Assembly: GCA_964016885.1 (NCBI GenBank) | Contig: OZ024750.1 | Span: 10,974,001-11,038,000, forward strand | Direction of reading: 5' to 3' | Origin: Eledone cirrhosa | Taxonomy: Eukaryota | DNA: 64,000 bases | In this document: positions 38,857 through 54,710 of the stretch, piece after piece | Layout: each line of letters opens with the position of its first letter | Numbering within the stretch: the first letter of the stretch is position 1 | The notes under the pieces: model-generated | What the model saw: only the letters and a program-made list of their open reading frames with translations | What the model was told of the DNA's origin: nothing | Database searches by the model: none | Made by a program: the position numbers and the translations under genes

Positions 38857-38907
38857 ATATATATTTTTTATAAATATTATCCTCATCGAGCCCTCTTCGG
38901 ATTTTAG

Positions 38908-39008
38908 TCTTATGCCCGAAACATCGTCCCCCACCCCCACTCTCAAGTGTGAACCTAATATTAACACTTTGTACTGCACTCTTCGTTATTGTTTTGATTT
39001 AAACGTTT
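38908..39008 (+). mobile_element. family D 3' fragment
   Basis: CTTATGCCCGAAAC...CCCCACTCTCAA..GTGAACCTAATA matches the reverse complement of 50840-50900. Confidence 0.6.
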
Positions 39009-41869
39009 ATATATATATATATTGTTGACTACTTTTAAACTGAACTCAAAATGATTTCGTTGACCTCAAATATGGTAGATGACACTTGGATCAAACCAGA
39101 AAATAGTTTGTTGAACACAACACGCTTTAACCAAGTAACCATACCTGCGATTTGTGCGGTATTTGTGGGTATATTAAGGTAGATAAAGTTGAATATATGC
39201 TTATTTAATTCTACCGTGAGGCAGACAGAAGCATTAAATAATATGAAGGCAGAAGAGGTTGAAATCCATTAATAGCAGTTAATAGAACTTGGCTGCTATT
39301 TAATCTAAACTGCCTCTAGATAGCTGAAATGTAAATAGATGTTCAGGTGTAATTGCTTGTTACAATAATAAACCCTTGGAACTTATGTTAAGGCTACAAT
39401 TTTGCTCTTATATTGATAAGACATAATTGATAATCCCAAGTGGACTTAGAGGCTAAGAATAGTCAAGTAATACCTCAATTACCGCTCCTAACAATGAAGC
39501 TCTGTGAGAAGCTGCGCTATATCACGTTTTCCTAATATAGTGTACAGAGCTATTTTAGCTTGATGTGCGTTATTAGTCATCGTGTTTCAGAATACTAAAT
39601 ATTTACTTGAAGATTTCTGAATATCAAAAGCTATATAGTGGAGTAAATAGCCGTTTTCTCATCTTAATACAGGCAGTGTTGCTCCTTGCGGTATGACTTT
39701 CGAAAGGAAACTTAAATTACAAATGAAATGTTACGTTTGGATTTTGATCACATGGGTTTGATAATCCTTATGAACCAACTTTATATAACTTAAAGATGAT
39801 TGAATTCATGGAAACGATTAAATGGAGGATAGTGTCTTTCACTGCTTAGATTTATCAATATGGCTCCTTGAATATATTTATCATTAGGTGAATTGATATA
39901 ATGACGATAGAATTTGTTAAAGCACAGTTGTAGTTTTACCAATATTTCATATTAGCATTTGCCCTTATGGAAACCTTCTAATGAAATAGTCATTAACTAT
40001 GTAGTTTTCTTATTCCTTAGAGAGTTTAATTGCTATTAAGTGTAGTATTGATTTATGTCTCCGTTAAATATGGTAGAAAGGATGACAGAATAGATTCTAC
40101 GACGGATAGTCTAGTTCGTAGTTAAACTTTATCTTCATTTAAAAGATCATTAATGTATATTCTGTTTATCTCAATATTCCCTATACAGTCAGTTCTACAT
40201 AGGTTAACTGGATCTATGCGAGAGAGATTGGTAACAGAACGGACATCCGTCCTTAAAAATAGCCCCAAAATAACTCGATGATCAATATGAGTTCTGTAAC
40301 GGGTCAGGAAAGCTAACCTCGGCTTTAATATCGACTTAAAGAGTCTCTAGGCAATATAATTTCTATATTGTCAATGACATTCCTATTAAACAATTGTTGT
40401 TCTGTCAGTTTGAGATACACTCTATATTTTGTTGCATAGTCATGAACGAAAAATCATAGAGCTGTAAAAAAAAAAAAAAACGCATTAAAGAACATGATAT
40501 GCTTTTCAGGAAATTTGAAGGTTATTGCATAATATATTCGCCAACACCTTTTTGTTAATACGCAGCTTTTGTATTGTGATTTGGCTTTTTTGTATTGAAT
40601 GAAGAATAGTTGGCGTGCAATATTAAGTCCTAGGGATGTTTGAATGATGGCATTTAGATAAAGTAGAATATACAGAATTAAGTTTTTGGGAGAGAAAAAA
40701 AATTGAATATGAATATTAATAAGAACATTATTATTTTCCGTTATGTTTTGGATAATCTATTTAGCAGATCACTAATATATATGTGAAATTTCTAGCCCTT
40801 TCACTACGAAAAATGATATAGTTTGAATCACATAAAATGCAATAAAACAAAAACGAAATCTTCCTCCAATATTTTAGGGGTAATATTAACATAATCTATC
40901 TGGTTCATATGACATTGTAAAACAAAAATGGATGCTTGATGTGAAGTGTCAGGAGAGATGTATTAATTTGACATGTTATGTATGAAGTAATGTTCAAAAC
41001 AGATAACATTAATGTGTGGAGTATAAATTATCTAATATATCCTGTTATCACACATTTGGATATACACAGCTCATTATATAGTATGACATGTAATATCAAC
41101 TCTCTTATAAAATAGATTAAGAAGATAATACATTAAAGTAAAATGTTTTTAATTTAAGATACATGGCATATATTATGCTAATTAATCAATGTAATATATT
41201 TTAAAGTGATTAGAACCCTAACATAATGTTTTCCATATGAAATGTTTCTACCTATGTATATTCTCTACTAGAAATGGAAGTTTAATTAAAGTAGTCCAAA
41301 CTATATTGACATTAGTTAATCCTCAATATAATATATTATAGCTACTCAAATGTTTTATTGGTTACGCGATGAATTATTAGAATAAAAGGCAAAATTGGTG
41401 AGCAACTAATCCTAAGATTACTTCACATAAGACGACAGTTACGTGGTAGATTGATTCTGATCATAAAACCGAAAGAGAATGTTATTAAGATTTTCAAAAC
41501 AATAGAATATTATAGTAAATACATTCGTCTCTCAATAGAGAAATTGTGAAACTTCCAATAATGAGTTTCTATTAGAAAATGATTCTCTTGCCAAAAGGCC
41601 CATTATTAATATTAAATCTCTGTACAAGAAAATAAGTAGACGACACCGAATACATTTGATGAGGTTACATGTGTACAACTACTTTCAAAATAGTATAAAC
41701 ATGAAAAGAGCCAAGCAACAATGATTAGAATTGAAGTTCATCAGAAATCCTTTTAGATTAAGCTACAAAATTATTCACACTATCACATTAACGTAGTAAT
41801 TCACATTTTGCAAACTTTCTCTAAATATCTCGGTTTCTCCTCTCCTTTCTTTCTTTCTCTGCAATAAAA

Positions 41870-42012
41870 TAATGGTGCTTAATTTTAGCACAAATCCAGG
41901 AATTTTAGGGATCGGTAAGTCGATTATATCGGTCCCAATACATAACTGGTACTTTATTTCATCGATTCCGGAAGGCCGGAAAGCAAAGTTGATTCCTACA
42001 GAATTTGAACTG
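41870..42012 (-). mobile_element. old SINE family 1-related copy
   Basis: CTGGTACTTTATTTCATCGAT...AAGCAAAGTTGA...GAATTTGAACT. Confidence 0.65.
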
Positions 42013-42713
42013 GATTTTAAGCGAGAAAAACGACAAACCGGTAAAGGAACCAAATAAATATTTTTTAAAAAGACTCCAGTTGCATTTTCGATTTTATCTT
42101 TTTTCCTTATACTTTCACTCGTGTAGGACATCTGGGTTTTTTTCATTTTGTAAATAAACCTCATTTTCTAATATATATGTATGTATATATATATATATAT
42201 ATAAACGGAAAAAATGAAACGAAATTTCATTTCCCACTCTTAGTACGGCTGTTACTTAAATATAAGTATGTACACGTACATACATATATGTATACAGACG
42301 TATACATATATGACGTTTCATTTTTTTCCGTTTTCCGTTTTCCGTTTTTCCGTTTATCGTTTTCGGTGCACCCGGCCGATTAACCCACTCGATATGCAAA
42401 TTGGGCTACTCAGCCGTTAATATGCATAAGGTAAGTATATACGTTCAACAATCTGGCAGGAAGGTATACGTTGCTGACGATAGCTAATAAGCTTGAAACT
42501 AGTACAGCGTTCCTTTGTCAGTGTTGAACAAACGAGCAACGATGGTTGCTGGACACTACGGCTTAATACGGGATGTTTGTTTACAAACACTCCGAGCATT
42601 ATAATAAATATTCGGTGAATCCATACGTACATATATATATGTGTGCATGTATGTATATATATATATACATACTACTGTACGTCTGTATACATATATGTAT
42701 GTACGTGTACATA

Positions 42714-42753
<40 letters not shown>

Positions 42754-43249
42754 GTGAAAGCAACTGGTGCGTGTGTTTCTTATTGGCAACATGACCCTCC
42801 CAAAGTATAACAATATCGGTTTCAACACACGATTTCAGATAAAGAATCTTGCTAAACAAATTCAGAAACGAAATATATATATATATATATATATATATAA
42901 GAGAAGCTGCAAATCCTTTCGCGTGTAAACTTTTTTAACGTCGACTATATAGATATGTAGTCCTGTGTATAAATATTTAAATTAAATTCGCGTGAAGTTG
43001 TGAAGAAGTAGGTGAAGAAGAGGAGGCGGAGGAAAAAGATTTCTTTGGAAGACGACAGAAGGCGGCTCATCAGTGCAGTAAAGCTGAAGAATGCCCTCAT
43101 AATATTTTGTGGGGTACTAAAAACAATACTAGCAACAGTGGATATATAATGTATATGTTATGGAAGTATGTGTAAATAGCTGTAGAAGCAGATAGCAGCC
43201 AATCAGAATATGAAAACCAATATTTGCTACAGCTCTCTCTCTCTCTTCA

Positions 43250-43730
<481 letters not shown>

Positions 43731-44124
43731 GTTGCATACGTGCATTTCTTTATTTGTGTACTGTTGGATGATCAAATAGATTTTGTAATCGTGTAAAATT
43801 CCCAAATTTCCAATATTTCTCCAAGTCTTAAGAAGAATGTCTTTATGCTGGACATGCATCATTCATACATCATTTCACTAACATTTATACAAATAATCTC
43901 TTATTCAATCGTAAACTTTTTTTGCAGGTCAATGCAAATTCTTAATTTGGTATAACACTTCTGACGGTATTGCAGCAAATATTAATATATACATTGAATA
44001 ATTTCAAATGTGAGTGTTGTGTGAAATATATGGTGCATGTTAATTTGGAATATCTAATGCTAGATGTTTGGAATTTAGTCTAAATATTGATACAAGAAGA
44101 ATAGGTAAACTCCGAGCAAGATCG

Positions 44125-44256
44125 TTCGATAACGTCCAGCCGGATCAATTGGAGACGGTTGCTTCTGATAGAACCCGCTGGAAGCAGTGTTTGAGGACTC
44201 TTCCCCCACGACTTCAAGAAGAAGTAGTAGTAAACGAAATTAAGAGAAAATTATGA
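44125..44256 (+). mobile_element. RTE/BovB-like LINE extreme 3' fragment
   Basis: NVQPDQLETVASDRTRWKQCL resembles the I.P..WE..A.DR..WR motif. Confidence 0.55.
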
Positions 44257-44278
44257 TGTCATTATTTAAGCAATACCG

Positions 44279-44460
44279 GGGATTGGTAGTATCTGTAGAG
44301 GGTCGGACGCCATGCTTTCCAGCATAGTTACGTCCCTTTACGATCTGAGTTCAAATCCCGCCGAGGTTGACTTTGCCTTTCATCCTTACGGGGTCGATAA
44401 AATAAAGTAACAGTAATGCACTGGGTAATTGCTGGCCTTGTGCCTAAAGTAGAAACAATT
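44279..44460 (+). mobile_element. SINE family 1 with TSD
   Basis: Consensus match; ATTATTTAAGCAATACCG on both flanks. Confidence 0.9.
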
Positions 44461-44529
44461 ATTTAAGCAATACCGTGGGATAAATGTTAAAATAGCTACA
44501 ATTTAACTATATGAATTAAATTACAATAT

Positions 44530-44640
44530 TTTCTGTCGACCGCGGGGCGGCCAACGCGTGGGCCCCCATTGAGAGATGGGGAGAGCGAGAGAGACGACGG
44601 CATTGAGTGAACATCAGCACCTACTTATTTATTTGTATTT
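44530..44640 (+). mobile_element. diverged CRE-like 3' end fragment
   Basis: TTCTGTCG..CGCGTGGGCCCCCATT.GAGAGATGGGGAGAGCGAGAGAGACG resembles 32560-32660. Confidence 0.55.
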
Positions 44641-44949
44641 CTTGTATATAATTTCAACACTTCGACAAGCTGAGAAATCTAGTTTTTGACAGTTCCTACT
44701 CTGATGAGATTAATACAATTACTATGCCTGAATATTTACCCAATAGTCCCACATCCACACAAACTATACAGAAAATTAACTATAAATATTTAGATCAACA
44801 TTTCACACTATTTTGTCAAGAGAACATTATTTATTTAAATATATTTATGATGTTTCCATTATACTAAATTTAGAGTCATAAAGTTATTTATGACAATTAA
44901 ACTCTTCTTCGATTTTAGCCTTCATTATTTTCTCTTATTTTCTCTTATA

Positions 44950-45140
44950 AGGGCGGTGAATTGGCAGTATCGGTAGAGGGTCGGACGCCATGCTTTGACG
45001 CATAGATATACGGCCCTTGCCATTCTGAGTTCAAATCCCGCCGAGGTTAACTTTGCCTTTCATCCTTACGGGGTCGATAAAATAAAGTACCAGTAATACA
45101 CTGGAAAATTGCTGGCCTTGTGCCAAAAGTAGAAACAATT
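44950..45140 (+). mobile_element. SINE family 1 with TSD
   Basis: Consensus match; TTATTTTCTCTTATA on both flanks. Confidence 0.9.
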
Positions 45141-46128
45141 ATTTTCTCTTATATTAACTGATGATTTTCGTTGTTTTATATTAATGGTTTGTCATCGCTG
45201 TAATATTTCGTTAGATTTTGGAACACAAGAATTGAAAGATCTATAATTCATATTCAGTAAATGCTCAACTTCTTAACCATATTTTATTCAATACAGATTC
45301 CAGATAATTATACATTGAAATACAATAACATTATCTTTCCAATAAATAGTATTCAATGTTAAATTTATAAATGTCTCATGAATGTATATCTGTGGTTAAT
45401 ATCGACGTCGGAAACGAAGTAAATTGCTTTCGCTAGCAAATGAACAAATCACAGAACATTTAGAAAGGAACATGCTCAATTCTTTATTGTATGATACCTA
45501 AAGTTATTGCTTTCAATGCTTAGATTTTGAGACGAACAATATATAATCTTCCATAAATATCTTAATATAAATTTTAATATCCTAGTAGTTTTTGTTATGA
45601 TTCCTGTGTAGTGGAATATTTGACAATAACTCCCTCGCTCCCATTGTATTTGTGTATTAGCTACTTTCGGGTTCGAGGTTACATATTACGTTGACCATAT
45701 GTCATGGAATGATTTTAGTTGCTTTTATTTAAGACGACTTTTAAGAAGATTAGGATGCATGAAAACCGTGAGAAACTTTGAAATTCCCTTCGTAACTAAG
45801 AATATATTTGTATTTATATGTAATATAATGTGCAAATACAGTTAAACATATGTTCTAACAGCCCTAAGAATATGAGAACAAAGGTTTTAATATTTGTATA
45901 CATTGATATACCAATCAAAATAGGCAATTTTTGACAACAATCCATTTAATGTAACAATTATTATAATATTCTTTCTGTCGGATTAAAGAAAAAATCAACT
46001 TTAAATATATCCCTGTGCTTTTCTATCTTTATTAAGGGGATGTTACCACATTGTTGGGGAGGAGTAAAAAAATTGTCTAATTATTTACATTCAGTAAAAT
46101 AGAGACATACCATAAGAGCTGCAGTGAA

Positions 46129-46472
46129 TGAAGGTACATGGCTTAGTGGTTGGACTAACTGAGAGGTTGAGAGTTCGATTCTCGGACCGGGTGATATGTT
46201 GTGTCCTTGAGCAAGACACTTTATTTCACGTTGCTCCGGTTTACTCAGCTGTAGAAATGAGTTGTGACTTCTCTCCTGCCAAGCTGTATCATAAGCCATT
46301 CCCTTTCCCTTGGACAACATTGGAGGTGTGTGTGTGGGGGGTGGGGGTGGGGGTGAAGACTGGTATGCATGGGTGACTGTTGGTATTCACAAACAAACCT
46401 TGCCTGGCTTGTGTCTCAGAGGATACTTTCTATGTGCAAAACCATCGTCATTAGTGACAGGTGGGGGCCTTT
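46129..46472 (+). mobile_element. tRNA-derived CORE-like SINE (family 2), near full length
   Basis: TGAAGGTACATGGCTTAGTGGTT...GTTCGATTCTC...GTGTCCTTGAGCAAGACACTTTATTTCACGTTGCTCC...tail. Confidence 0.8.
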
Positions 46473-47117
46473 AGAGTGAGAACCAATTAATATGACTGCT
46501 AATAGGACACATCAATATATTACGAAGATCCCGAATGCCTATTGAGAGATATTTCAAACACGATGCTTTATATCTAAGTTTACACAGAGACTTTTAATCT
46601 AGCAGAAATATTTCTATGATACTTTACATCATATATGAAAGGCAACAAGTTTCATTTATATGGAATTCTGAGTTAAAATGTATATTTTTTCTCCTGGGCA
46701 AAATATGTTTGTACATGAGAGATATACGGTCGATTTATTTAATACTAAAGCTGCAGTCAGCTTTTCAATGAATTTAATCCAGGTATCGGATTTTTCTTAC
46801 TAGTTCAGTTATTATTTAGAAAGTTCGATACAGCGTAAACAATAAAAACAACGTTAGTTTATATCAAAACCATACTTTTTATATTAATATTCTATTGAAT
46901 TTCTATCGTGACTTTACCAAATAATAATATTTTCAAAATAGAGCACCTGATTAGATTTACTCTACAGCGTTCAATAATGAAATAAATATCTTATCAAAAG
47001 TATGCGCTCTCCATTATTGCATTTTAATGATGAAGTTTTTCTTTCATTTCACAAATGGATTTTACTTGAAACCTTCAGTTATAGATGTGTAAGTGTGTAT
47101 AAAGGTATATATGTGCG

Positions 47118-47700
<583 letters not shown>

Positions 47701-48706
47701 TACTGATAGAGAATGAGTGATTCGAGAGAGATAGAGAACAATATATTTATTTTTACACTTATTAGATGCACCAGTATATTTTGTTTATCTAATTACCAAC
47801 TTTATCATGATATAAAACTATTTTTTCACTTCATGGATGGTTGTTCATGGAAGGCATTATTATGGTTTCTGTTATTTACTTGGTTATTACTCTCAACAAA
47901 ATAATATGTGTAAACAACACATGGAAATGCAATGTCCATTATAAAATATATTAAATATATGTGTGTTTTTGCGTGAATGGAGCGCAGAAATATGGAGCTT
48001 TAATGAAAAAATATGTTTTGGTTTCTTTTATTAATTTTATTTATGTTGCTTTCATAATTTAATATTTAGAATTTATCTTTCTTAAATTTTTGAAGAGCTG
48101 GAATTTCATTTTTAGTTATGTTCAGCACCAACAGTAAAGCATATATGTCTTACGTGCCAGCGCACATACAAACTGAATTTAAATAGAATTAAATTTCGTT
48201 GATCTGTTGCTTATTAATATAGTTATGAGTATACCGAAAGATATGTGACAGTTAGTAACACAATACTGTGACAGAAAGTCACACAATACATTACCAGAAA
48301 GCCTTATAACAGACATGTTTGTGTATATTGCAAGCATCATAAGGATTATTTCAACTTTACATCAATCCGTTTATTGTCAAACCTATGTGAATCCTGTTTA
48401 AATTGTCTCAGTTTGATAAGAGATTTTTATATCTTCCAAGAATTCATATTGGGATGCTGCGTAAGATATATTTCGATCAACATCATGTTACCGCTACTGG
48501 TGCAGCCATTCGTTTGGGTGCCACTCTAGATGTGCCCCAGAGAAAGGGAGGTGGAGAGTAGAGGGGGATTGACCTAGGGTGGGGTGGTGTTATTTCGCTA
48601 GGATTTCAAAATCCACCAGCCTGTGGCAAAAGAAATTGGAACAAGTATTTATATATTTCTAAGAAAATAAGTATGAACAGACTTAGTTATTTTTCATTCT
48701 GAAGAA

Positions 48707-48931
48707 GGGTGATGGATTGGAAGTAGGATCGGTAGAGCGCCGATTAACATACTTTGCGGCAAATAGTTACGGCGCTTTACGTTTAGAGTTCAAATCTCGC
48801 TGAGATAAACTTTGCCTTTCAACATTACAGGGTCGATAAAATAACGCACCAGTAACACACTGGGCTCGATTTAATCGACATTCTCCTCCTGCGAAATTGT
48901 TGACCTTTTGCCTAACTCAGAAACCATTATT
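48707..48931 (+). mobile_element. SINE family 1, older long subtype, with TSD
   Basis: Diverged consensus; TTTCATTCTGAA on both flanks. Confidence 0.8.
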
Positions 48932-49485
48932 TCTTTCATTCTGAAATAACTCAGACGGTTTAGTATCTTACTTCATTGTGGTAAAATACAAATTAAAGTG
49001 ATATAGAAAACAAAAAGATTAATTGTGATTCGCAATATTCAGATAATTCTCTTTTCAAGAACTTTATAGTAGTGTGAAATAAATTTATTCTTTCTCTGCT
49101 AATTATATTTTCTCTCTGAAAAAATTCAATTTATCCACTTTGCAACACACACACACACACAGACATATATATATATGCACTACACACATATTCATACATA
49201 TATACACACACAAATACATACATATATTCACGCGCTACACACACATACATACAAACACAGGTGTGTAAGTGTGTGTGTGTATCTGTCTATATGTTAGCAC
49301 CTGAACTTATCTATATTCATATTACACCTACAAGTAATTATTGCGCTGATTAATTACTAAAATTGTATTATTTTCACAGAATAATGTCGAAATCTCTCGC
49401 AGATAATTAAGAATATCTTAATAAAATAAACAAAGGGCTATATTTGTGTTAAGACGTTGGAGATGGTGTTACGTGGTGCTACAGT

Positions 49486-49637
49486 ATCTGCTTTTAATGA
49501 AGTTAGTTATTACATTTATAAAAAAAGACCGGTCGCCTTTGTCTGTGTTATAAATGCTTCATAATCTGCTTTTAATGAAGTTACTTGATGCATTTATAGA
49601 AAAAGCTGGGCCACCTTTGTCTCTCTCTGTTATATAA
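49486..49637 (+). repeat. tandem duplication (~78-bp unit)
   Basis: ATCTGCTTTTAATGAAGTTA...CATTTATA...CCTTTGTCT occurs twice. Confidence 0.8.
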
Positions 49638-50530
49638 TATATACCTAAAATGACATGATGGAACATCTAACTAGGAGATTATTTACATCCTATTATAAAT
49701 GAAGATATAAATAATTGTATTAGATATGCATCAGTTTATAAAGCTTTATTTCCATTACAAATCCGCTACTTTAAAAAGGTTTTCAGATATTATCTCTATC
49801 AAATACGCTTATTATTTTGATTAATGGCAGATTGAGTCGAGCTTAAGATATAAATGTTTTCTATTTATAATTTTATCTGTCTGGGCTGATAAAGGAAAAC
49901 ACCACTTGAAACAAGGATTGAAACTCCATATGTCTCCACACAGAATCTTCCGCTTATTCAAAGTTATTTAACCATAAGTATAGATATGGAAAACATTTCA
50001 TTAAAAGCTTTAAATTCTTTCTTCACTTTCCCTATCAAGCACCATTTTCTTCCAATTGTATCAGTAAGGCCCTGACACCTTGAGGCACAAATTCACAGTT
50101 TTCTTTTTGTTGTTCTATATTTGTATTTAGATTCAGCATTTCAAGTTTGATATCTGCTGCACTGGAATTATCCTTCGGCATGACCAGAATCGATTTGTAT
50201 AAAAGGCTAAGCTGACCATCTACAAATCATAAATACACTTTTCCAATATTACTTTCAAAGAATTCATTTATCGGCCCTGGGCAATATTCTTAGGAACAAA
50301 AATAAGATTTTAAGCCAAAGTAGTGAAGAATATTTTTCACCTGTTTCAACTGCATTAAAAAAGAAATCTGGTTTTGTCATGCTGTAATTAAGTTTTGTAT
50401 GCCAATACTGCAGCACCACAAATATCTTTTAACCGTGAAATATGAATATGTAAAAACATTTGAATATTTTCACAATTATTGCTTCGATATTGATTGAAAA
50501 TAGATCAAGAGGAGAAGGTTTAAACATATA

Positions 50531-50631
<101 letters not shown>

Positions 50632-50653
50632 TATATATATATATATATATATA

Positions 50654-50725
50654 TGGCTTCTACAGGAGACTAGAACTGTTTTATTCGAAGGAAATCAGCA
50701 GGTAAGCAGATTAAACCCGGGATAC
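50654..50725 (-). mobile_element. family A decayed fragment
   Basis: Minus strand CTGCTGA-TTTC-CTTC-GAAT-AAAA-CAGTTCTAGTC..CTGTAGAAGCC, followed on plus by the family A terminus GATTAAACCCGGGAT. Confidence 0.65.
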
Positions 50726-50761
50726 ACATATCTCTCTCTCTTTCTCTCTCTCTCTCTACAC

Positions 50762-50792
<31 letters not shown>

Positions 50793-50796
<4 letters not shown>

Positions 50797-50912
50797 CAAA
50801 TTTATACGGGAACAAAACAGAGAGGCAGACAAATAAAGGTTTATTAGGTTCACGCTTTTGAGAGTGGGGGGAGGGTGGGGAACGGCGTTTCGGGCATAAG
50901 CCCTTCTTCAGC
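50793..50912 (-). mobile_element. family D element with HHR core
   Basis: Minus strand CTGAAGA-A-GGGC-TTAT-GCCC-GAAAC-GCC-GTT; TA on both sides. Confidence 0.65.
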
Positions 50913-51066
50913 TATATATATATATATATAGCAGAGTAGGAATGAAGTTCCTATGGACGTAAGCTCTGTGTAGAAGCCTGTTGGACGGCTTGTATATGTA
51001 ATTCATGTGTTAAACTAACATATATCATCATTTTACTGTATGTTTCTGCTATGCTGCTTTTTGTTT

Positions 51067-51098
<32 letters not shown>

Positions 51099-51653
51099 GA
51101 TGTGGTTTTATATATTTGACAAAAACATTGAAATTAAATATATGCAAATATATTTTCTTTTGATTTGTTCAATATATATGTTTCCCTTCGTGTATTTTAT
51201 CATCGTTATTTGTATACAGTCTCAATTCCATATACTGGTATTTTACTAAAATGATAACAAAATTATTCAAACATATCAATAGATATTTACTGCGTTTGGG
51301 GAAATATATATATATGCCTATATATATGCATACATATAACATGTAGCATACCAGAGCATAACAAGAGCTTTTTTAACTTCTCATTTATTTTCTCAAGTAA
51401 TACATAATACCAAGCCAGAAGCATGATTCTATCTCCAGAAACTGCCAATAAAACATGTGCAGCTCTCTTAATTCCCAAAGCTACAGAAAGTCTATTGAAA
51501 ATACCTGCAGCAGCATTGTTAAGCGTCTTACTTAGACCCATCAATGCTTACGTCTTTAGGGGAAAACCATTATTATGAAGAACTAGCAAACAAATACATT
51601 AGTATTAACTAAAAAATATAATACAGTAATACTACTAAATATGGAACAAACAA

Positions 51654-51920
51654 AAGAAGGGGGAGGAGAAGAAGAAATAGAAGAAATAGAAGAAGAAGAA
51701 AGAAGAAAAAGAAAAAAGAAGAAAAAGAAGAAAAAGAAGAAAAAGAAGAAAAAGAAGAAAAAGAAGAAAAAGAAGAAAAAGAAGAAAAAGAAAACAAGAA
51801 AAATAAAAAAAGATAAAAATAAAAAATAAAAATAAAAAGAAGAAAAAATAAAAATAAAAAAGAAAAAGAAGAAGAAGAACACGAAAAAAGAAGAACAAGA
51901 AAAAGAAGAAGAAGAAAAAG
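51654..51920. repeat. purine-rich (GAA)n / (GAAAAAGAA)n repeat
   Basis: Tandem 9-mers at about 51710-51790. Confidence 0.95.
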
Positions 51921-52157
51921 ATATGGAACTGTAGTGAAATATTGATTTGAAATATTCTAATTTTTTTAAAGAACTTTTATAGAATTTTAACCGTTTAAAA
52001 AAATATATAATTAAATAAAAAAGAGAAAGATATAATTAAATAAACAAAAAAAAAACTGAAAATAATTGAATTTCTGAAAGTAAAATAGAAACTTTTGCAG
52101 TTATTGAGAGATAATATAGAAATGTAAAGAGAACATGATTTATTATATATAAATAGA

Positions 52158-52346
52158 AGGGCGGTGGATTGGTAGTATCAGTAGACCGTCGGACGCCATG
52201 CTTTGCAGCATAGAGTTATGGTCCTTTATGATCCGAGTTCAAATCCCGCCGAGGTTAACTTTGCCTTTCATACTTATGGGGTCGATAAAATCGACTTTAC
52301 CCTCCCTCCAAAATTACTGGCCTTGTGCCTATATAAGAAACCATTA
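52158..52346 (+). mobile_element. SINE family 1, long subtype with internal deletion
   Basis: Consensus match; deletion between the two TCGA-containing motifs. Confidence 0.85.
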
Positions 52347-53602
52347 TATATGAAATAGGGAGTAATTGATGATGCACATGGCTTAGTGGTTAGGATTTGG
52401 TGGTAGATATCGTAGAATCGTCAGTTGGATTTTCAGACGTTCATTGTATCTCCGAGGAAAAGAAAGGTATTTTGTTTTGATCTGCAACTCTACTCAATTG
52501 GCTTAAATGTGATATAACTGTAATTCAAAACGACAGAATTGTCAGACATTTTCTCCCGTTGAATCTCTGTGATTTTATATATATATATATATATATATAC
52601 ATACACGCACACACACACATTATATATATATATATATATATATATAATCTGTCGTTGGTTTTGACATATATTTACATCACAGAGATAAATGGGAGTTGAA
52701 ACTTGCAATTTTCAGTTATCCGATCAATATGACAAATTGAGATCAGGGAAACGAGCAGTAAACTTGTAGTATATATAGAATAGATTGAATAACACTCACA
52801 CTAACTATACCACAACAAACCTTCATTTTAAATATATCCATAGAAAGAGATCTGTGGAGTTTGAGGTTATCTACTCAACATAGTGAAACAGAACATGTTC
52901 ATTAATTGATACTATATTTGTTCTGAGAAGAAAAACGTTAATAAAATGATTAATTTTGGTGAGTATCGGCAGACGAGAAAATACTAGAATTTAAATGAAT
53001 TAAAATCAATTAAATAGAGAATTTAGTGTTAAGTTAGACTATCTTACAATAATGCCAAATTCAGCCTAACACATATAAGTCTTATTGTAGCATGCTCGGC
53101 CTACTAAATATATATTTAATTGAAGCGAAAGACGTCTGAAATCGTCTTCTGCATTTAATGATAGAATAATAGCTTACATCATTAACAAATAATGATTTTC
53201 TTTAAACATAAATCTACAAATAATTAAATTTTCTTTAACTGTTAGGACTCTAGATATTACGTGTCCAGCATCCTGTATATATTTAATATTATACTAAGAT
53301 AATTTATGCTAATATTTTGGTAAGTTACGGTTAGGCTAGAATCTCTAATGGGTATTGAATGAGAAGGAAAAGCATCGGAGATTGTTAAGGATAAAATTGA
53401 TATTTCCTACATTGTGTAATATTTCAAAATTTACTTGCATGTCTATCTATAATTCAGTTAGCATATACTCTGATCCGAATATTAACTATCAGCCCTATAG
53501 TTAACTTCATATCACTATTGCATTAAGTAGTTTAAAATGTCTGTTATGATAACGAAGTGGACGTGTGCAATAGCTTGACTTAGTTAAATACTTAGAGATA
53601 AT

Positions 53603-53760
53603 AATTGTTTCTACTTTTGGCACAAGGCCAGCAAATACCCAGTACATTACTGGTACTTTATGTTATCGACCCCGTAAGGATGAAAAGCAAAGTTAACCTC
53701 GGCGGGATTTGAACTCAGACCGTAAAGGCGTCCGACCCTCTACCGATACTGCCAATCCAC
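53603..53760 (-). mobile_element. SINE family 1 with TSD
   Basis: Consensus match with an internal deletion; AGAGATAATAAT on both flanks. Confidence 0.88.
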
Positions 53761-54710
53761 CAGAGATAATAATGTTACTAAAAGTTTACTAACAATTACT
53801 CTGCGTAATGAAGTTGACCTGAAATGTTATTTTCACGTATTACAGTACACGTATTACATAATCATTCCAAAATTTGATATATCCAATATATTCCTACTAT
53901 TGATTTCTCTTTTCACTTAATAATAACGTATTTTATATGGATTATGCAATTTGGAGAAAGTCCACCATTTTGCTTTTACATAATTTTATATTAACTTCAA
54001 ATGTTACTTTACGTATATTAATTTTCGAGAATAACCATTAAATGTCATTATATATTACTTAAAGTCTTGCAACAAATTCCTAGCAGCCACTAATGCCACA
54101 ACATTCACTTTGAGACTATTAAATATGTATTTTGTATATCGATAGTATATTTTGTTAAGAATATACAAGATAGTATATCTTCGCTGGTAACTTATATTCC
54201 CATTCCTTTATTTTTCAAGTGACTTGTTACTACATTTCCTAGAGGGTTCCATGTTGGCATTTGAATCGTCATTTTAGAAATACCCACCGTCAAAAATATT
54301 CATTATTTTGTTTATATTTTCTACTATAAGTACGTTTCAATATTTTCCCTATATACTATATCTATTATTCTCGCATTTGTTTCTTTCGTAGTTCCTATTG
54401 CCAGCCAATGTTAGCTAAGGAGTGAATAGTAAACTTTTTTTTCTCCAGCATTATGTGTTTCCATGTCAAATATTTTAAGTAATTCAGATACTTCAAAATA
54501 ACAATCAAATTTTGAACTAGAATTCCATGAACAATATTTTGCTATTTATTTAAGATTGGGGATATAATCAAAATGTGCAAATCAATACCAATTTCTAATG
54601 TCAGATTACATCATTCACCTGAAGGATATATTTTGATTAGATTTCACATTTACAAATGGTGTCATAATATAAGCTGTACAAACCCTACTATTATAATATA
54701 AGCTACTATT

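Noticed and set aside
51287-51544. 85-aa non-repetitive minus-strand ORF
   Set aside because: No recognisable motif or splice support.
51583-51898. Poly-K and poly-F ORFs
   Set aside because: Produced by the GAA and GAAAAAGAA simple repeats.
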